From Alphaproteobacteria bacterium (GTDB taxonomy: Bacteria > Pseudomonadota > Alphaproteobacteria > UBA828), in the NCBI GenBank assembly GCA_965214705.1, contig OZ243972.1:3008001-3072000 (forward strand): a stretch of 64,000 bases of DNA, in the 5' to 3' direction. Shown piece by piece: positions 62,473-64,000 of this stretch. The notes beneath the pieces were generated by a model. That model worked only from the letters and a program-made list of their open reading frames with translations. It ran no database searches and was not told where the DNA came from. A program made the translations under genes and the position numbers. Each line of letters starts with the position of its first letter. The first letter of the stretch is position 1.

Positions 62473-62867
62473 GACGCTCTCCCGATCTGAAGTTGCACGG
62501 ATCGGAGCGTGTGCCCCGACGTGATGTCCTGTTGGGAACCGCGCGCGCAGCGGAAGCACCTGGGCTTAGAAGCTCTTGGGGCGGAGTGGTGCGGAAAGTC
62601 GTCGAGTGGTGCGGAAGATCGCTCCGCGATCTTCACGGTCGGCGACTTTCACGGTCCGCCCCTAGAGCTTCTTGCCCAGGCCGGAGGGAGCGGAGCGACC
62701 GGAGGACCCGCAGGGTTGCTTGCGCGAGCACGTGGGTCACAATGGGACTTCACGTCGCTGTGCGTATTGTTTGCCCCCTGCACCGCCCCACGGCCTCGCG
62801 GCGGGCACGGCGTAGGCAAGCGGCGCGTGGACCGCGCGACCCGGCTGACCGCGCCTGCCATCGCGGA

Positions 62868-63095
62868 TCAGTTCCACAGAGGATGGGTGACGACGAGGCG
62901 GGTGACCACCTCGCGTATGCGCGAGCGCTCATGGATGCGCACCGGGCCGCGGGGGTCCTCCGACAGATGCGCAACGTAGAAGTGCGATCCCGGATTCAGG
63001 ATGTCGTCCTGGCGATGGACCTCGCCGACGAGGTCGCCGTCGAAATAGACGCGGGACTCTTCCGGGGTGATGCGCTTGAAGGCGATATCGGTCAT
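62868..63095 (-). CDS. Small hypothetical leading-region protein (75 aa)
   Basis: AGGGAG RBS; MTDIAFKRITPEESRVYFDG... Confidence 0.65.
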   Translation of the reverse strand: MTDIAFKRITPEESRVYFDGDLVGEVHRQDDILNPGSHFYVAHLSEDPRGPVRIHERSRIREVVTRLVVTHPLWN

Positions 63096-63318
63096 GTCGT
63101 GCTCCCTGTCCGATGCCGCGTGAGGCAGGGACCGCTCCCTCCCTCCTCGCGGCGTTCCGCCCGCTCTTCGCTCTCCTCCACTCCATCTCCGGGCCGCCCG
63201 GCGCGGCCTGCGCGACCGGGTGCGACGCGGATCGGGCGGCAGTCTCCGGACCCGCTGCATGAAAAACGGGGACGGCGCCGAAGCACCGCCCCCGAGGCGA
63301 GGAGAGACAGTTGACGAT

Positions 63319-63798
63319 TCAGAACGGGAGGTCGCTGTCCGGGTCCGGGCTGCCGGCCTGCGCCGGGGCGCCCGCCGGCATCGCCTCGCCGCTCGCGGGC
63401 GCCTGCGCGGGCTCCGCCGCGGCCTGCGCGCCGTTGCCGCTGGCCCCGTTCGGCTTGTCCAGAAACTGGATCTTGTGACCGGGCACGATCATGATCTCGG
63501 TCGAGAAGCGGTCCGAGTCCTCGCCGTCCTTCTTCCACCGCCGGGTCTGCAACTTGCCCTCGGCGTGGACCAGGCGGCCCTTCTTCGCGTGGCGCACCAG
63601 CATGTCGATCAGGCCGTCCTGGAAGGTGACGACGCGATGCCACTCCGTCTTGTCGACCCGGTTGCCGGTCTTGTCGATGAACGATTCGTCGGTGGCGATG
63701 CTGAGATTGGCGACGCGGCCGCCGCTCATCAGGTGGTTCACGGAGACGTCGGCGCCGAGGCGGCCGATCAGTTCCACGCGGTTCATTCCGAAGCTCAT
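63319..63798 (-). CDS. ssb: Single-stranded DNA-binding protein
   Basis: NRVELIGRLG, TEWHRVV and an acidic DSDLPF tail. Confidence 0.95.
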   Translation of the reverse strand: MSFGMNRVELIGRLGADVSVNHLMSGGRVANLSIATDESFIDKTGNRVDKTEWHRVVTFQDGLIDMLVRHAKKGRLVHAEGKLQTRRWKKDGEDSDRFSTEIMIVPGHKIQFLDKPNGASGNGAQAAAEPAQAPASGEAMPAGAPAQAGSPDPDSDLPF

Positions 63799-64000
63799 CA
63801 CGATGCTCCTTCAGTTCTCGTTCATGACGATGGGTTGCGAACGCCGGCGGCCGGGTCGATCTCCCCCCGGCTCCCGCCGTTCAACTTCTCCAGGCTTCCC
63901 TTCACCTCCAATCGGCCTGCCGGCGCGACGGGACCGGGCCCGGGATATCCGTCGGCGCCGCCCCGCGCAGGGCACCGTCGAGCGGCATGACCACGTCGAG

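Larger units (their letters stand above)
1618..64000. mobile_element. Integrative conjugative element (F-type T4SS, MOBF relaxase); left boundary tentative, right end beyond window
   Basis: Integrases, repressor/Xis switch, tra operon, traD, relaxase and oriT co-occur. No plasmid rep gene was seen. Confidence 0.75.

Noticed and set aside
62760-62770. GTGCGTATTGT resembling the R388 nic region
   Set aside because: It lacks the tight adjacent hairpin, diverges at the nick, and would split the leading genes. The site at 61147-61172 fits better, though this one is not fully excluded.
1-64000. tRNA, rRNA, reverse transcriptase or cas genes
   Set aside because: None recognised by eye; tRNAscan-SE and Infernal would be needed to exclude small RNAs.

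Overview
GC-rich, probably alphaproteobacterial DNA that is mostly one integrative conjugative element (ICE) extending past the right edge. Left to right: four tandem tyrosine integrases (one truncated, one frameshifted); a PD-(D/E)XK nuclease gene with three separate lesions; nested IS elements; a phage-like switch (two S24 repressors facing a Cro/Xis fusion with an alphaproteobacterial SOS box); an F-type tra operon broken in traB and traU/trbC; traD and a MOBF relaxase; a ~19 kb defence island (type III res and mod enclosing a DUF1828-like pair and MNT-HEPN, then an AAA ATPase plus subtilase, then a RelE-helicase fusion); an RHH gene; an F-like oriT; and the start of the leading region. The least explained signals are a dispersed in-frame 15-bp semi-palindromic repeat in the tra genes, three near-identical IS91/tyrosine-recombinase elements bounded by TTG (two of them in one subtilase gene), the modules inside the RM operon, and a protease-carrying IS1595. 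All family calls come from motif recognition by eye; no searches were run.
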